A stretch of DNA of 64,000 bases from Octopus vulgaris (Eukaryota): positions 71,362,001-71,426,000 of the forward strand of contig OX597819.1 in the NCBI GenBank assembly GCA_951406725.2. Reading direction: 5' to 3'. The first letter of the stretch is position 1. Each line of letters opens with the position of its first letter. The notes beneath the pieces are model-generated. The model saw only the letters and a list, made by a program, of their open reading frames with translations. It searched no databases and was not told the DNA's origin. Position numbers and translations under genes: made by a program. Below, piece by piece: positions 27,796-42,807 of the stretch.

Positions 27796-28270
27796 CGTTA
27801 TTGTTGTTGTTGTTGTTGTTGTTGTTGCTGTCGTCGTCGTTGTCGTTATTATTGTTATTATTGGGGCTGTTATAAGTATATTCAGCTAAGTATAATTATG
27901 TATATATCAATATCCGTTGTGGCGCATCGCTTCAAGTAATATGACAGCGTTTCCGGTGCTCAAAGCAAAATACCCATTACCAAAAAATGGCGTCCGCCAC
28001 ATGATTTTGCTTTCAGCATTTTCTTCCTTCTCAGCGCAAAATACCCTTTTTACTTTTGACATAGCTTTTTGGATGTCAGTTCTGTTTATGTATGCATATT
28101 GAAGAGCAATGGTTCTGGAATTTCAGATAACTCAGCTTATCGATATTAGATATTAGATATTAAAAATAAGAATAAAAAACGAAAGTTAAAAACACAAAGA
28201 AGAGAGACATACATTATAGAAACCCACCAAGTTTACTTTGTAACTAATATCTTCTGTAACTGATACGTGA

Positions 28271-28316
<46 letters not shown>

Positions 28317-28389
28317 ACACACACACACACACAAACATATTTATACATGAATCTTTTCATTGGATTTCATACAGCATACAGAATATCGT

Positions 28390-28766
28390 GGTACTCCGTC
28401 GGTTACGACGGCGAGAGTTCCAGTTGATCCGATCAACGTAACAGCCTACTCGTGAAATTAACGTGCAAGTGGCTGAACACTCCACAGACACATGTACCCT
28501 TCATGTAGTTCTCGGGGAGATTCAGCGTGAAACAGAGTGTGACAAGGTTGGCCCCTTTGAAATACAAGGACAACAGAAACAGAAAGAAAGATTGAAAGTG
28601 GTGGTGAAAGAGTACAGCAGGGTTCACCACCAATCCCCGCCGGTTCCTTGCGGAGCTTTGGGTATTTTCGCTCAATAAACATTCACAACACCCGGTCTGG
28701 GAATCGAAACCGCGATCCTACGACTGCGAGCACGCTGCCCTAACCACTAGGCCATTGCTCCTCCAC
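28390..28766 (-). mobile_element. SINE family D
   Basis: Colinear with 19444-19817. Confidence 0.85.
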
Positions 28767-29279
28767 ATTCAGAATATATATAGTCAAAACATCATAAAAA
28801 AGAATGGAGAATTATACAGCTTCAAAAGTTGTTTATCGCAGTATTATTCGCATTAAGTTCACATTGTTTGTTGTCTGAAATCTAATGAAACGAACTCAAG
28901 ATTTACCTCTTAGGTGAAATAAGGTGTCACCGTTTATCTTAAACAATTCTGTATGTTCCTTATCGTTCGATGTAGTTAGCCAGATCTGGATTACATCAGA
29001 GCAGTAATAAGGCATCTGCTTAGATTTCAAATCACTATTCTTTTACGTTATACATATTGTTGCATTAAATATTTGCTGTGGTACTTAAGCTCTGTAGGAG
29101 AAAAAAAAGCTCAACACTCGAGTTCGAATCATGATTTATAAAGAAAGGAATTTTACATAACATGATCTCCACTAATATTCATTCTTTTGTCTTTCTCTTT
29201 TTCAGTCTTTCTCTTTTTCTTTCTGTTTTTCTATCTTTATTTCACTTTCTCTTTCTCTTTCCCTCTTTCTTTCTCTTTA

Positions 29280-29356
<77 letters not shown>

Positions 29357-29880
29357 AATAATAGAACCTTTTAGACTTAGACGAAACGATAAGCTATCGA
29401 ACAATTTACTGCGGGGTCGTAGGTTCGTATTCTCTTTTCGGCTCCGTTCTCTATTCGTGACCTCCGTATCTATTTTTCAAACGACCCAGTCCAACTAGAT
29501 TTAAACATCTGCTGCAAGAGAAAAACAGCTCGCTTTTCCAAGAAATGGTAACGCTGTTAGTTTAACGTATTCATACATTAACTTTCAATGCATGTGGGAT
29601 AATCTACCTGGGATAGACCAGCATACTATCCAGGGGAATTGTTTTCTCAGGCGATTTATCCTGCATAAACTGGAAACAAGCCATCGGGCCATTGGAATAA
29701 CCTTGGCTGGGAATGGTCAGCGTATCAATATGAACATTTGTTTCTTCAATAATATCGATTTTGTAAGCGACCCCTCCGCAAAAAATGGAAGCTAATGACT
29801 TAATAGGGTCGATACAAACCACTCTGACTTTCCTCACAACGATTTGCGACGTTTAGATATTAAACGGTTACGTCCCTAAA

Positions 29881-29996
29881 GTGAAATGGAATTAACGTTG
29901 CAGTTAATGAAATTAACGTTAAGTGAAATATAACGGTAAGTGAAATTAACGTTAAGTGATTTTGAACGTTAACTGAAATTAACATTACGTGAATTG
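29881..29996. repeat. Short minisatellite of about 16-bp units (gtgaaattaacgttaa)
   Basis: About 6-7 imperfect units; the consensus unit contains the palindrome ttaacgttaa. Confidence 0.75.
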
Positions 29997-32770
29997 CTAT
30001 TTTTGATCATGTCGGTTCACCAGGATTGATATATCTAGAAGGTCGAACGACAGTTTGTAAGCTTCCTGATATGCTCGGATATGATAAGAAGATAAAGTAT
30101 TCGGTTAGGCGTGTCTTTGGACTATGAGCATTAAAGTAAAATCTTTCTCAAGAAACTTAACCCAGATCTTCGACGGTAAACAGTTCGATAATGGATAATT
30201 TACAGCTAAACAACAGATAGAAAGATATATCGCTAGTTAGCTTATATGAGCATGCGTTGTTACTCTACTTCGTGGTCTTGTTTTAATCAGTTTCAATCTG
30301 CCATTTTCATTATTCATTTACCAAAACAGACATATAGCAAAAAATAAATACTATACTCGGATATCTTCGTTTAATCAGTGTTTACCATCCATTTTTTATA
30401 ATTCGTTTTCCATCATTCAGCTGGCTGTGTGTCTTGTGAAATAACAACACGGAGGACACTTACCTACAAATACATCAAGAAAAAGGAAAGATAAGATATA
30501 TTTTTTTAATGGTTATAATTCCAAAGTAAATGTTAAATTGTTAAATAAACACAGTGACAAACATTTGTAGGAGTGGAATATGTTTAAATCGATTTTTGTT
30601 AAATTAGACTGGGTAGAAGTGGTTGTTCTATTGTCAATTTACACTTGCAATCTCGTTTATGCCTCTCCCTTTCGTTACTTTTATAGAACAAACTGTTACA
30701 TCTCCAACGACCATCTGTCGCCTCACTTCTATCGTTTGAAGTCCTTACTAAAACAGTGGAAATGAGGCTGCTGTTTCCCAAGAGAGAGCACAGGTAGTTC
30801 AATTCCCGCGACATGAATAGGGTCATGTTGGAAACTGAGCGTCTGGTCCGTACAATGAGACAGCTGGGTGCTGCAGCATGGCGGCTAATGATTTGACGTC
30901 ATTGACAGGACATTCAGTGCACTTTGGAACTGGAGTAAAGAAATATGCGCGCGCACACAGACATACACATACACACACTCACACAAGCCCTCATACAGGC
31001 GCACGCATGCGCCTCACGCCTGCGCAAAAATATACACTTGTAGATAGAAAATGTGAGAGAGAGACATACAAACATTACAATTTATTAATTGAACACGATT
31101 AGCATAAACACTTTTCTTCTCCTCACACACATAGGGGAGATATATACGTACGTGCGTAAACACACTCACATACGCACTCACACGCACACGCACACGGACG
31201 CACAGAATCAAAGAGAGAAGCGGAAGGAAGGGAGTGAGGGGAGGAGGGAAAGAAGGAGAGAAACATTAAAATGAGAGAGAAACGTTAACACGACAGATAT
31301 CAAATAGGACGGCATCGAGTCAGCGACACCAAGTAGGTAGCGCCAAAACGGCTGTGCCAAAACGTCTCATACCACTGACCTGGTTTATCATAACATAACA
31401 GGGAAGATAGGTATATTAAGCTTGACGGCATTAAAATATCAGAGAATCATATAACTAATAAATATTTCGATAGAATCACAATTAACTCCGCTAAGGTTTG
31501 AATTCAGATCGCAGAATGACGAAACAAAACATTGCTTACCATTTATTCCGAACACTCAGCAGTGTTTTGCCACTTCACTGCCTAAATTGTAATGTAGTTT
31601 CCAAAACACATTAAATTTACAAGTTTCAATCGATTTATATAACTTTATCGTTGACCTTTTCTACTTTTATTTTTAACGCGGACACAAGTTTTTCTCGAGA
31701 TAATTTTCGTGTGAGCATTCAACTGTTAAGTCGGACAGATTTAATGTTAAATCGCTTAAATTCATTAAAATAATAATGTGACAATAGTCTGGGAAACAAT
31801 AAAAAAATATATATATTTCTTTGCCGGAAAATATTGGAATTATAGAGAATCAATGATATATAATTTGTTATTTTTTGATAAGAGGGGATCAAATTTCGTG
31901 TTAAAAGAGGAAAAAGCAAGAAGCAAAAAATATTTGCATAGAAGTTTAGACATATACACACATACTTATACATATGTGAACTTATACGCATATAACTTAT
32001 ACACATATAAACATATAAACATACACAAACTTATACATATATAAACAGATTTAAACACAAATATGTATGTATACTCACACATACATACATGCATACATAC
32101 GTACGTATATGTAGCATACACGCTTACATATACTCACTTAGATATACACAATTATATATACAAAGATTTAAACACACACATATACAGATACAAATTTACG
32201 TGCACGTGTGCACACATACACACATATACGTACATTTAATAACAATAATTTGTAAATTTTTCCTGGAAAAAGAAAATGAGAATACCCGAACATTTGTTTA
32301 TCTAGAATATATAACATTTATATCATACACACACTTACATATCTTTAGTCATTCATTTGTTTCAGTTATTGATCTACGACCATACTGGGGCACTGCCTCA
32401 AAGGGTTTCATCGCACAAATTGATTCCACAAACACGTACACCCATAATGTATTTCCCGAGAAGATTCAGCGTGTCCCTCCTGGATAGTTATTGTACCGCA
32501 GAACAAATGTACCTGGGCTGTTGTAAACAATGCAGTCTCAGACAATGATACATACATACTAAATATTTGCTTGCCAAAGTGCATATATTCATACGTACAC
32601 ACAGACACTCTATCACACCTACATTCATATATATATATATATATCTATACGCACACAAATATTTTTTCATACAGACATATAAAAATTACACACACAACGT
32701 TTCCTTATACATACGTGTGTGTGTTTGTGTGTGTGTGTATACATATATATCTATATATATATATCAATAG

Positions 32771-32890
<120 letters not shown>

Positions 32891-32914
32891 TATATGCTTA
32901 TTCTCTTATTCTTT

Positions 32915-33162
32915 TGTTTTATTCTTTTCTTTTTTCAGTCATTTGACTACAGCCGTGCTGGAGCACCGCCTTTAGTCGAACAAATCGACCTCAGATTTTA
33001 TCTTTTGTAAGCCTAGTACTTATTCTAGCGGTATCTTTTGCCGAGCACGTAAACACGCCAATATCGGTTGTCAAGCAATGGTGGGTAGTGCTGAGACGAG
33101 CACAGACACACAAACATACTCACATAAACATGTGCATACACACACACACACACACACACACG

Positions 33163-33211
<49 letters not shown>

Positions 33212-33360
33212 GATGGGCTTCTTTTAGTTTCCGTCTACCAGATCCACTCACAAGGCTTTGGTCGGCCCGAGGCAATAGTAAAAGACACTTGCCCAAGGTG
33301 CCACGCAGTTGGGCTCAACACGGAACCATGAGGTTGGTTAGCAAGCTAATTACCACACAC
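32915..33360 (-). mobile_element. Family A SINE, near full length, internal (CA)n(TA)n
   Basis: tttcagtcatttgactacagccgtgctggagcaccgcc...acaaggctttggtcggcccgaggc...cttgcccaaggtgccacgcag. Confidence 0.88.
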
Positions 33361-33556
33361 ACACTCGTACACACACGCACACACACACACATATTATTAT
33401 GGTATATTACGTTAGGAACGTGGTAGAGTACAGTATAATGATCGTCCACCCTCAGAATTACCCAATACTATCCGCTAGCATTATTATATACTTCCAGGTT
33501 TATGTCTCGGTATTCGTCGTGTATGAATATGAAATTAACGGAGACAACTCTTGAAT

Positions 33557-33656
33557 ATCACCCGAGGAAACACAACCAGATCTCATTATGCAAACAAACA
33601 TAATAAAATACTTTCATTATTAGGGAACCACTTTGGGTGGAAACAATTGTAGTGGT
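33557..33656 (+). ncRNA. Hammerhead-like motif with about 70-nt stem II insert (U4C variant)
   Basis: ATCAC CCGAGGA aacac...gggtg GAA ACAATTGT A GTGGT. Five-pair stem I, perfectly palindromic stem III, GUA triplet. Stem II pairing is weak. Confidence 0.55.
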
Positions 33657-33707
33657 TAAAGAATAACTATCCAACAGTACTCCTTCTTGTTGACTCCAAT
33701 TTCTTCA

Positions 33708-33777
<70 letters not shown>

Positions 33778-34295
33778 CATACATAGCTACATGCAATCAT
33801 ATATACATACGTTTGTATTCACATACATGCGTGCCTACCGACATGCTTGAATTTATACCCATACACTAATGTTAATGATACATATATGAAAAAATACATA
33901 AAAACACTCACACACAAATACACAAAGAATAACAGCAAGCGACCCCAAAACAAACCCTAACACACTACATCTCCAATATGGCTGACTTCAATATTCTCTC
34001 TATCAGCAATTTATATAAAACTGTTAACAGCAAAAGCAACAATCAATAGTGTAAAGAAATGAAGACGTTACCAAGTGAGACACATTCCCATATGACATTA
34101 GAGTCATTATACTGTTGACATAGATAACTAGATTGGTGTGCGAATGGGGATGGCGGAGAAACTATCTTCAATTGGTCACTGATAACAACTTAACATAAAT
34201 CCAACCACATCTACACATTGTATATATTCCATATATATATATATATAGATAGACATAGATGTAGATATAGATATAGATATAGATAGATAGATAGA

Positions 34296-34331
<36 letters not shown>

Positions 34332-34420
34332 CACACACACATATATTTGCACATATATGTATTCATATATATATGTATAATGATATATGGAAATATATAT
34401 ATGCATACTTATTTATGCAA

Positions 34421-34452
<32 letters not shown>

Positions 34453-34481
34453 ATATACCCACATATTTATCTATCTATCTA

Positions 34482-34529
<48 letters not shown>

Positions 34530-34532
34530 CAT

Positions 34533-34570
<38 letters not shown>

Positions 34571-34671
34571 GTAGTTGCCTATAGTGACTCATGCAAATTG
34601 ACAGATATATTCATTACACATATTTAGATGCATATATGAATATTAATGTTATGTGTGTATATGTAAGCATC

Positions 34672-34717
<46 letters not shown>

Positions 34718-35060
34718 TATATAAATAGAGAGTTATACATATATAGTATCTGCATATGTTTATATATTTACACATCTTTAATTACACAACCATATACAAA
34801 GGCAAACACACGCACGTCTTTACGTTCTCCCCCGTATACACACAAATACAGGCACACAAAAAAAACACACACACACACATCTTCATATCAAAACTGTGTT
34901 TTGATAGAAATCGCTTAGGCGTGGTATCTATACGAAAATATATAATAGCCGACTTAATCGTATGAGACGCATGCGTGAACACAGAAAGCGCACAAACATA
35001 CGTATACAAATACACACGCAACCATATAGTTCTATCCTCCTTTACTCCTCCTTGTGTGCA

Positions 35061-35092
<32 letters not shown>

Positions 35093-35230
35093 CGCGCATG
35101 TGTTTGTGCGTGTATGTGTGTGTAGTGCACTTGCATTTACGACACTGTTGTTCCAACAATTTTGTGATGCCGAAAAGCAGAAATGGGAGCTCGGAGTAAC
35201 GAAGGTGTGAAGTTTGTTTTAACTGCCGCG

Positions 35231-35301
<71 letters not shown>

Positions 35302-35459
35302 GACATTTTCTATTTTATTACACAAACATACACACACGAACACACACGCGCATACATTTATATATGTATTCTAAATATATATCAATATATGTATGCTACT
35401 TGCCTATTTATATTTCTCTAAGTATACATGTGTGTATACATATATACATATATATATGC

Positions 35460-35490
<31 letters not shown>

Positions 35491-35609
35491 TGGTTCCGTT
35501 TCTAAAAGTCAGTACAGAAACTCGTTCATTATCTCCACTTCATCAGCACAAATAGGCATTCACGTTTTCTACGTCACTGTCTCTCGACACACACATGCGC
35601 GCGCACAAG

Positions 35610-35665
<56 letters not shown>

Positions 35666-35828
35666 TCGCTGTTTATGTAACTTTATACACAGGCAGTTCA
35701 TTATGTTTTTCACTTCCATCAGCCTACACAGATAAACACATATTTTTGCACTTATAGTAACTTTGCATGTATGTATGTTTTATGCATGCATGTACATATA
35801 TGTATATATATACATATGTGCGTATACA

Positions 35829-35884
<56 letters not shown>

Positions 35885-37002
35885 AACGAATTAAAAGCAG
35901 TGTTAGTATTGTAAACATTATCGACCGTTCCAACTCAATGTACGTGTTTTGTTAGTTCGCAGGTTCGCTGTGGCATAGCGCCTGGGGGACGACACCCTCA
36001 ATACGCTAGGTATTAAAACACCTGAAAGCCATTGAAATTTGTGTATGTATATAAGACGGCAATTATATAAAATGCAAAGTGATCTCACTCAGAATGAATG
36101 ATACAGTTTGGGATTTTAAAAACAAAAAAAAAGTGTAATCTAATGCCATAAAAGACTCCTGATTCACGGGAATTATCTTGTGTGTCTGTCTGTTTGTCTG
36201 TCTGTCTGTCTATCTGTCTGTCTGTCTGTCTGTCTGTCTGTATGTATGTATGTATGTATGTATGTGTGTATGTATGTATTAGATGTAAATTATCCAAACA
36301 CTTAGTAGTGATTGCTAGTGACGCAGATTAGGGAAGGGAGATAATAAAAAATATTACATGAATTTCCATACGATTAATAGAAAGGAAGACATTTTACCCT
36401 GCTCGCCTAAGCGAAAGCAGTGTCCTGTTTTGTTATCACTCGTCTTTGTGTGTTTGCAAAATTACTGGAAAACGGTTGAAAGGATTTTCTATAAGTTTGG
36501 CAGAAATACTCATTTGGGGAGTGGCTCGAAATGATGAAAATTTAGTTTGATTATCTTCAAGCATACATAAATACATACATAGATATGTATTTATCTGTGT
36601 ATATGTACGCGCGCGCGCGCGTGTGTATTCAGTGATGGATTTGAGGATTCCGTTTATTTAAGAGTTGGTATCTTAATTTCACCCTTCTTTGCTTCTAATC
36701 CTGTTTTAGTCAAACACTTACAAAGCTTAATTCAGGTCAATTAAAAAGCATGGGTAAGCAACGCTATAATTTTCAAACAAATTTATCTGTTCACAGGGTA
36801 TACTTCGCCCTTCCGATGCCATTTTACTTTTTCACACTGCGTGCGTAAGCGAAAACTCATTTGTCATGGAATTGGTTTTTGTGCATGACTATATGATACG
36901 CAAAATCTGTAGAACCACTAGAAGCATTTGATATCCTCAAAGTAGATCTATAATATGAATACTTGGAACAGAATATATATACATTTACATATATATATAT
37001 GC

Positions 37003-37335
37003 ATGGCACCTTGGGAAGGTGTCTTCTATAGCCCCGTGCCGACCAAAGCCTTGTGAGTGGATTTGGTAGACGGAAACTGGAAGATCGTCGTATATATATA
37101 TATATATATATATATCTGTGTGTGTGTGTGTGTGTTTGTGTATCTGTGTTTGTTTCCTTGACATCGCTTGACAACCGATGCTGGTGTGTTTCCGTTCCCG
37201 TAACTTTGCGGTTCGGCAAAAGAAAACGATAGAATCATTACTTGGTTTACAAAGAATAAGTCGAGGGGCCGCTTTGCTCGACTAAAGGCGGTGCTCCAGT
37301 ATGGCCGCAATCAAATGACTGAAACAAATAAAAGA
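37003..37335 (+). mobile_element. Family A SINE, 5'-truncated
   Basis: ggcaccttgggaaggtgtcttc...(TA)n(TG)n...cgactaaaggcggtgctccag...aaatgactgaaacaa. Confidence 0.85.
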
Positions 37336-37502
37336 ACATACACATACATACAGATCAGGCCGCAAGACTGACAGTGAGATGGCTATTAATACTTGTTTTT
37401 ATATCAACTGATATCTGAATACAGTTTAGCATTAAGCTGAAGAGTTACTTGATAACTCTTTTTTGTACTGTACATGTTTATGAAACTTATACACGAGCAA
37501 CG

Positions 37503-37545
37503 ACAGTGACTTCGAAGACTCGATCTGCTAGCCTTCATTGGACAG
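37503..37545 (-). ncRNA. Decayed hammerhead-like motif (family H2; element about 37405-37545)
   Basis: Minus strand CCAATGA AGGCTAGCAGATC GAGT CTTCGAA GTC ACTGT. Flank matches the 51001 and 63299 copies. Confidence 0.45.
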
Positions 37546-37548
37546 GCC

Positions 37549-37626
<78 letters not shown>

Positions 37627-37897
37627 CGTTTGCTTACACATGAATACAAACTTTACAAAGAATGCAAAGGTAGATTTGGTCACAAACGGATTATATTATA
37701 TAGAACAATGAAACAGGAAATGAGAAGTTATTTAGGCCACGACTAATTATATGAGAGACTTAACGCTTGTGGTGAATGTATTTGCGGAGTATAAACCGTA
37801 GAATGTAAATGAACCTATTATTATATTAATGAGACTTTATAAATATTTGCTTAAAGGTCAGTGAGACGCATTTAACAACATTTACACACACTTACAG

Positions 37898-38003
<106 letters not shown>

Positions 38004-38015
38004 CTATCTATAAAA

Positions 38016-38052
<37 letters not shown>

Positions 38053-38078
38053 CGTACGTGTGTGTGTGTGTGTGTGTG

Positions 38079-38410
38079 TGAAGGCGCATGGATTAGTAGT
38101 TAGAGCGTCGAGTTTACGATCGTGAGGTTGTCAGTTCGATTCCCGGACCGGGCTACAGGTTGTGTTCTTGAGCAAGACACTTTATTTCACATTGCTCCGG
38201 CTGTAGAAATGAGTTGCGACGTCACTGGTGCCAAGCTGTATCGGCCCCTTTGCACTTCCCTTGGATGAAAGGCAAAGTCGACCTCTCATTCTATCGGGGT
38301 CGATTAAATAAGTACCAGTTACGCACTGGGGTCGTTATAATCGACTTAATTCCTTTGTCTGTCCTTGTTTGTCCCCTCTATGTTTAGCCCCTTGTGGGCA
38401 ACAAAGAATG
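38079..38410 (+). mobile_element. Chimeric SINE: family C-type head joined to a family E 3' half
   Basis: tgaaggcgcatggattagtagttag...cttgagcaagacac, then an inverted ggatgaaaggcaaagtcgacc, then ggggtcgattaaataagtaccagttacgcactgggg. Confidence 0.7.
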
Positions 38411-38754
38411 AAGATATATAAATAGAGAGATAGAGTAAGACAGAGACAGAGGGATAGCGATAGAGAGATAGAGGGAGAGAGAGATAGAGATGGATAGATA
38501 AATTGATTGAGTGATAGATAGATATATAGATAGATAGATAAATAGATAGACAGACAGACAGACAGACAGATATATAGATAGATAGATATTTATATATCTA
38601 TTTATTTATCTATCTCTATCTATTCATCCATTTATTTATCTATCTACCTATCTCTCAATCTATCTCTGAATCTCTCTCTCTCTCTCTTTATATATTTATA
38701 TATGTATGTGTGTGTGTGTGTGTGTCTGTCTGTCTGTCTGTTAGTGTGACTGTG

Positions 38755-38789
<35 letters not shown>

Positions 38790-39185
38790 TCATACATGCT
38801 TTATATACGTATGTATACGCGCATTTACTAGTTTCAGTGACTGGACTGTATCCATTTAATCGATTTCTAATTCACAAAGGGCCATAAGAGGCGAGACTGA
38901 ACGAAATTCTGCAAGGTACTTCATAGGTGTGAATATATTTTGTGTGTGTGTGTGTGTGTGTGTGTTTCTTGCTTGTTGTGTGTGTGTGTGTGTGTGTATT
39001 CGTGCTTGTGTGTGCACATATTTGTGTGTGCGTGTGTATGTGTGTTGTCTGTCTGTTAGTTTCTTTGATCTTGTGTGATTGTTTATTGAGCTGTGTTTTA
39101 AAGAATGCATCTGAATCGATGCTAACGTTAATATCATTGACACGCTAGCAACGGGTGTTAAAGACAAGTTCGTTTGGAGAAAATG

Positions 39186-39238
<53 letters not shown>

Positions 39239-40009
39239 ACACACACACACACACACGCACGCACGCTCGCACGCACACACACACAAATACTAATGTACTT
39301 TTCTGCCGCCCACACCACCACAAACATAGACAGACAGGCATCACATTTAATCCATAATGGTAAATGGTAAATTGGAAAGAGATGCGTAAAGAGGAAACTT
39401 GTGGAATATTGGTAAGTTTGGTTCAGTTGGAGAGAAGTTTGAGAATATTAGGAAACTGTCAATGAACGTAATGGGAGAGAAGAGAAAGAGAGAGTGAAAG
39501 AGAAGAAGAGGGGAGGAGGAGGGTGAAGGAAAGAAGGAGAGAAAGAAGATAGGAGAGAGGAGGAGAGAGAGAGAGGGACGGAGAAGAGGGGAAGGAAAAA
39601 ATAAATGGAAAATGAAAATAGGAATAACAAAGAAGGAGAATATGAAGAAGAAGAAGAAGAAGAAGAAGAAGAAGAAGAAGAAGAAGAAGAAGAAGAAGAA
39701 GAAGAAGAAGAAGAAGAAGAAGGAGAATGGTGGGAGGCAAAAAATGAAAATATTGATAATAAAACAGGTGCTTCGGCTGCTGCTGGTGAAGACGACGAAC
39801 TGAAATATATATATTAAAAAAAAAAAACCCCAGATAAAATAAAAGATGAAAGGAGAGATGATGAAGGAATGGTTGTGGAGTGTTTGGTGGAATGGGGCTG
39901 AGGAATTGTATTTGGCATTGTTTCAGTGGCAGACAAGTCCTACAGTGCCGTTAAATATGACAACCATACAAAGGCGTCGCTAATGGACTGGCTGCGTCAT
40001 AGCAAAGTG

Positions 40010-40082
<73 letters not shown>

Positions 40083-40183
40083 GTAGTAGTAGTAGTAGTA
40101 GTCAATATATATTTATAATATTTCTTTCAAATCTTGGTACCAGGCCATACAATAATGATAATAATAATAATAAAAATAATAAA

Positions 40184-40265
<82 letters not shown>

Positions 40266-40559
40266 GTAATAATAATTTATTTAGTATTAATGATTAAGAT
40301 TTTTCTTTTTGGCCATAAGGTTCCGAGGCTTTCAGGAAAATCCGAAAGAACGAAATACAACATTAAATGTTGGGTTTAGATCGGTCTAAAAGAAATCAGC
40401 AAGAATAAGGATTCCACTAGACGTGTAAGAATAGAATTTCCAAAAACAATTACAAAAACAAAAATATTCCCCGACAGCAGGAGAGTCCACCCAGGGTAAT
40501 TTGAGGAATCTCTCCACCCTTCAAAAAGGCTAGACTACCTTACCAACATCAAACCAACA

Positions 40560-41150
40560 AAGTGTCGTTTTCCTGCTATTTAAAATAGCATACTCGGGAA
40601 GGCCCCTTCAACCCCTCCAATCTACCACTTTCGTCCACCTTTCGATAAACACACTAGAAGGCAGCACCTCCCTCTCTACTCTCACTTTACACTTCAAATG
40701 TTATTTGAAAAAGCTGATGAGAACTTAACCAGATAGGAAAGTATATGTCTTCAAACGGTTTGAGACGAGTCCACTAACTGCCTTCGCCGCTAAGCAGAGT
40801 AAGATCCACCTTTCCGGCTAAAGGAAAGCGATGTGTCGATCTCCACTATTCATTCGGTTGACAGTCGAATTCGACATCTATATGAAAGTTGCTGTTCGAT
40901 GCAAGCCCACAAAGTCACTACTGCACAGATACTGAAAGATTGCGTGCAGAACCCTCTCGTCCCCCTACAGACATCTCGGATAGTTTTGGTGCTGACGCTC
41001 CTGGGCTGGAAGAGCCTTTGTAGCACTGCCATGGCAATCACTTTTGTAAGTTGTCCGTAGTCTCCGCCCTGAAAGTCCTCCAGAAGTGGCCACCCACACT
41101 GTTCTCATCGTCACTCATACTCTCATTTAAACCCCTATGGCAATTTAGAG
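40560..41150 (-). mobile_element. Divergent Tx1/L1-like ORF2 C-terminal remnant
   Basis: Minus-strand WQCYK, VLHAIFQ and KTYTFLSG.VLISFFK.HLKCKVRVEREVL align by eye with WQCYQ, ALHAIVQ and TNTFLSGQSLINFFKYHLKRNVRVERQV of the 14729 copy. Confidence 0.7.
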
Positions 41151-41182
41151 TTGTTTTCCCGCTGACGGCCTTACCCAGCTGG

Positions 41183-41405
41183 TATACCCTTCCCGTAGTT
41201 CTCTGGGAGATTCAGCGTGACAGAATGTGACAAGGCCGGCCTACTTTGAAATACAGATACAACTCATTTTTGCCAGATGAGTTGACTGCAACAATGTGAA
41301 ATAGAGTGTCTTGTTCAAGGACAGAATACGCCGCCGGGAATCGAACTCACAACCTTAAGATCGTGAGTCGCGTAACCCACTAGCCACTTAGTCGCGCGTC
41401 TTCAC
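41183..41405 (-). mobile_element. SINE family C
   Basis: Reverse complement matches about 18357-18570. Confidence 0.75.
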
Positions 41406-42277
41406 TCTCATAAACAATAACTGCTATATCGCACCAACAACAAATGTATCAACAAAAAAAAAAAGAAACAACAACTAGAATAGTAACAAGAATGGCAGTG
41501 TTAGCGACCCGTACCAAATATCCAAACACAAGATATCTATTCTTGCTCAACTTCACGAAATAAAAGCAACATAGGAGATCATGCGTTAAATATCAGCGAC
41601 CAGACTCCGACTGGAAAGAACTTCATCAACTAATTTCATTATTCTATGAAAGGTTTTTTTTACCCCATGTGTGAGGGGGAATTTTCCGCAGAGCGGACAA
41701 GAACGTTCACGAAGAGGTCCTTTTAAACAAGATTAACCAGAAAAGAAATTAACCAATTTTCTCGTACTTCGAGATCAAAGTCATTCGAGACCTTTGTCAT
41801 TCTTCATCGATTAAGGGGGCCATACAACAGGGATTTTGGAGTCAGGTTCTTTTCTAAACAACCGGACGTCATTAGGTTTGGATGTGGTGGCCATGTGCAT
41901 CAATTGGGTCGATTCTCTGTCCGGATGGAGTGAAATGGCAGTGCTATATCAGAAAGCCTGGAATCTTCTTGATGTTTTTATTGGAATAGAGAGACGGCGC
42001 AGTTGCCATTTAGAGAATTTGTGAAAAGGAGGCGAACCTGGAATGAGTAACCTACGAGAATCGATCTAATATCAGAATGAACTTGAAAGCGGGGAGAGAA
42101 TACTTGCCCTTCGTACTATAGACAACAGATGGATATTAAAGGATGTTTGAAGTGCTTAGGAACATGATTAGGTGCTATGTTCCTTTGAAGAAAATGCCAA
42201 AGATCTGTGAGACCACACCAAGTATCGTTCTTGGGCTGTATTAATTTCGCGCGCACACTCACACATACATACATACA

Positions 42278-42366
<89 letters not shown>

Positions 42367-42807
42367 GCATGTATGTATGTATGTATGTATGTATGTATGT
42401 ATGTATGTATGTATGTATGTATGTATGTATGTGTGAGAATGTGTGTGTGTGAGAGAGAGAGAGAGAGGGAAAACGTGAGTGTGTGTGTGTGTACTCGCAC
42501 AGGTACATTGATGTAGACATATAGTTTTCTCTTGTTTACCGAGACTCTGATAAATACGGTTTTACCACGACTAAATTTATTGAAGTCTCTCTTTAATTTA
42601 TTCAATATAAAATTTGATTGCTTCGCTTTGAAAATGGCACACAAGTTGCTGCGATTGACCAGCTGAGTGGACAGCAACTCCCCTCCTTTTCTTCTGCATC
42701 TTCAGTCACAAGTGCACCCGGACGTATTACAAGGTTAATTTACAAACTTACTACATGCTTTGAAATTAAAAGTACCATCCCCACCTCACGTCATTCCAAC
42801 GTAATCA

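Noticed and set aside
29881-29996. CRISPR-like repeat array
   Set aside because: Units are contiguous without unique spacers, the context is eukaryotic and there are no cas genes.
39605-39817. Acidic poly-E ORF
   Set aside because: It is a (GAA)n microsatellite in purine-rich low-complexity sequence, with no domain or splice evidence.
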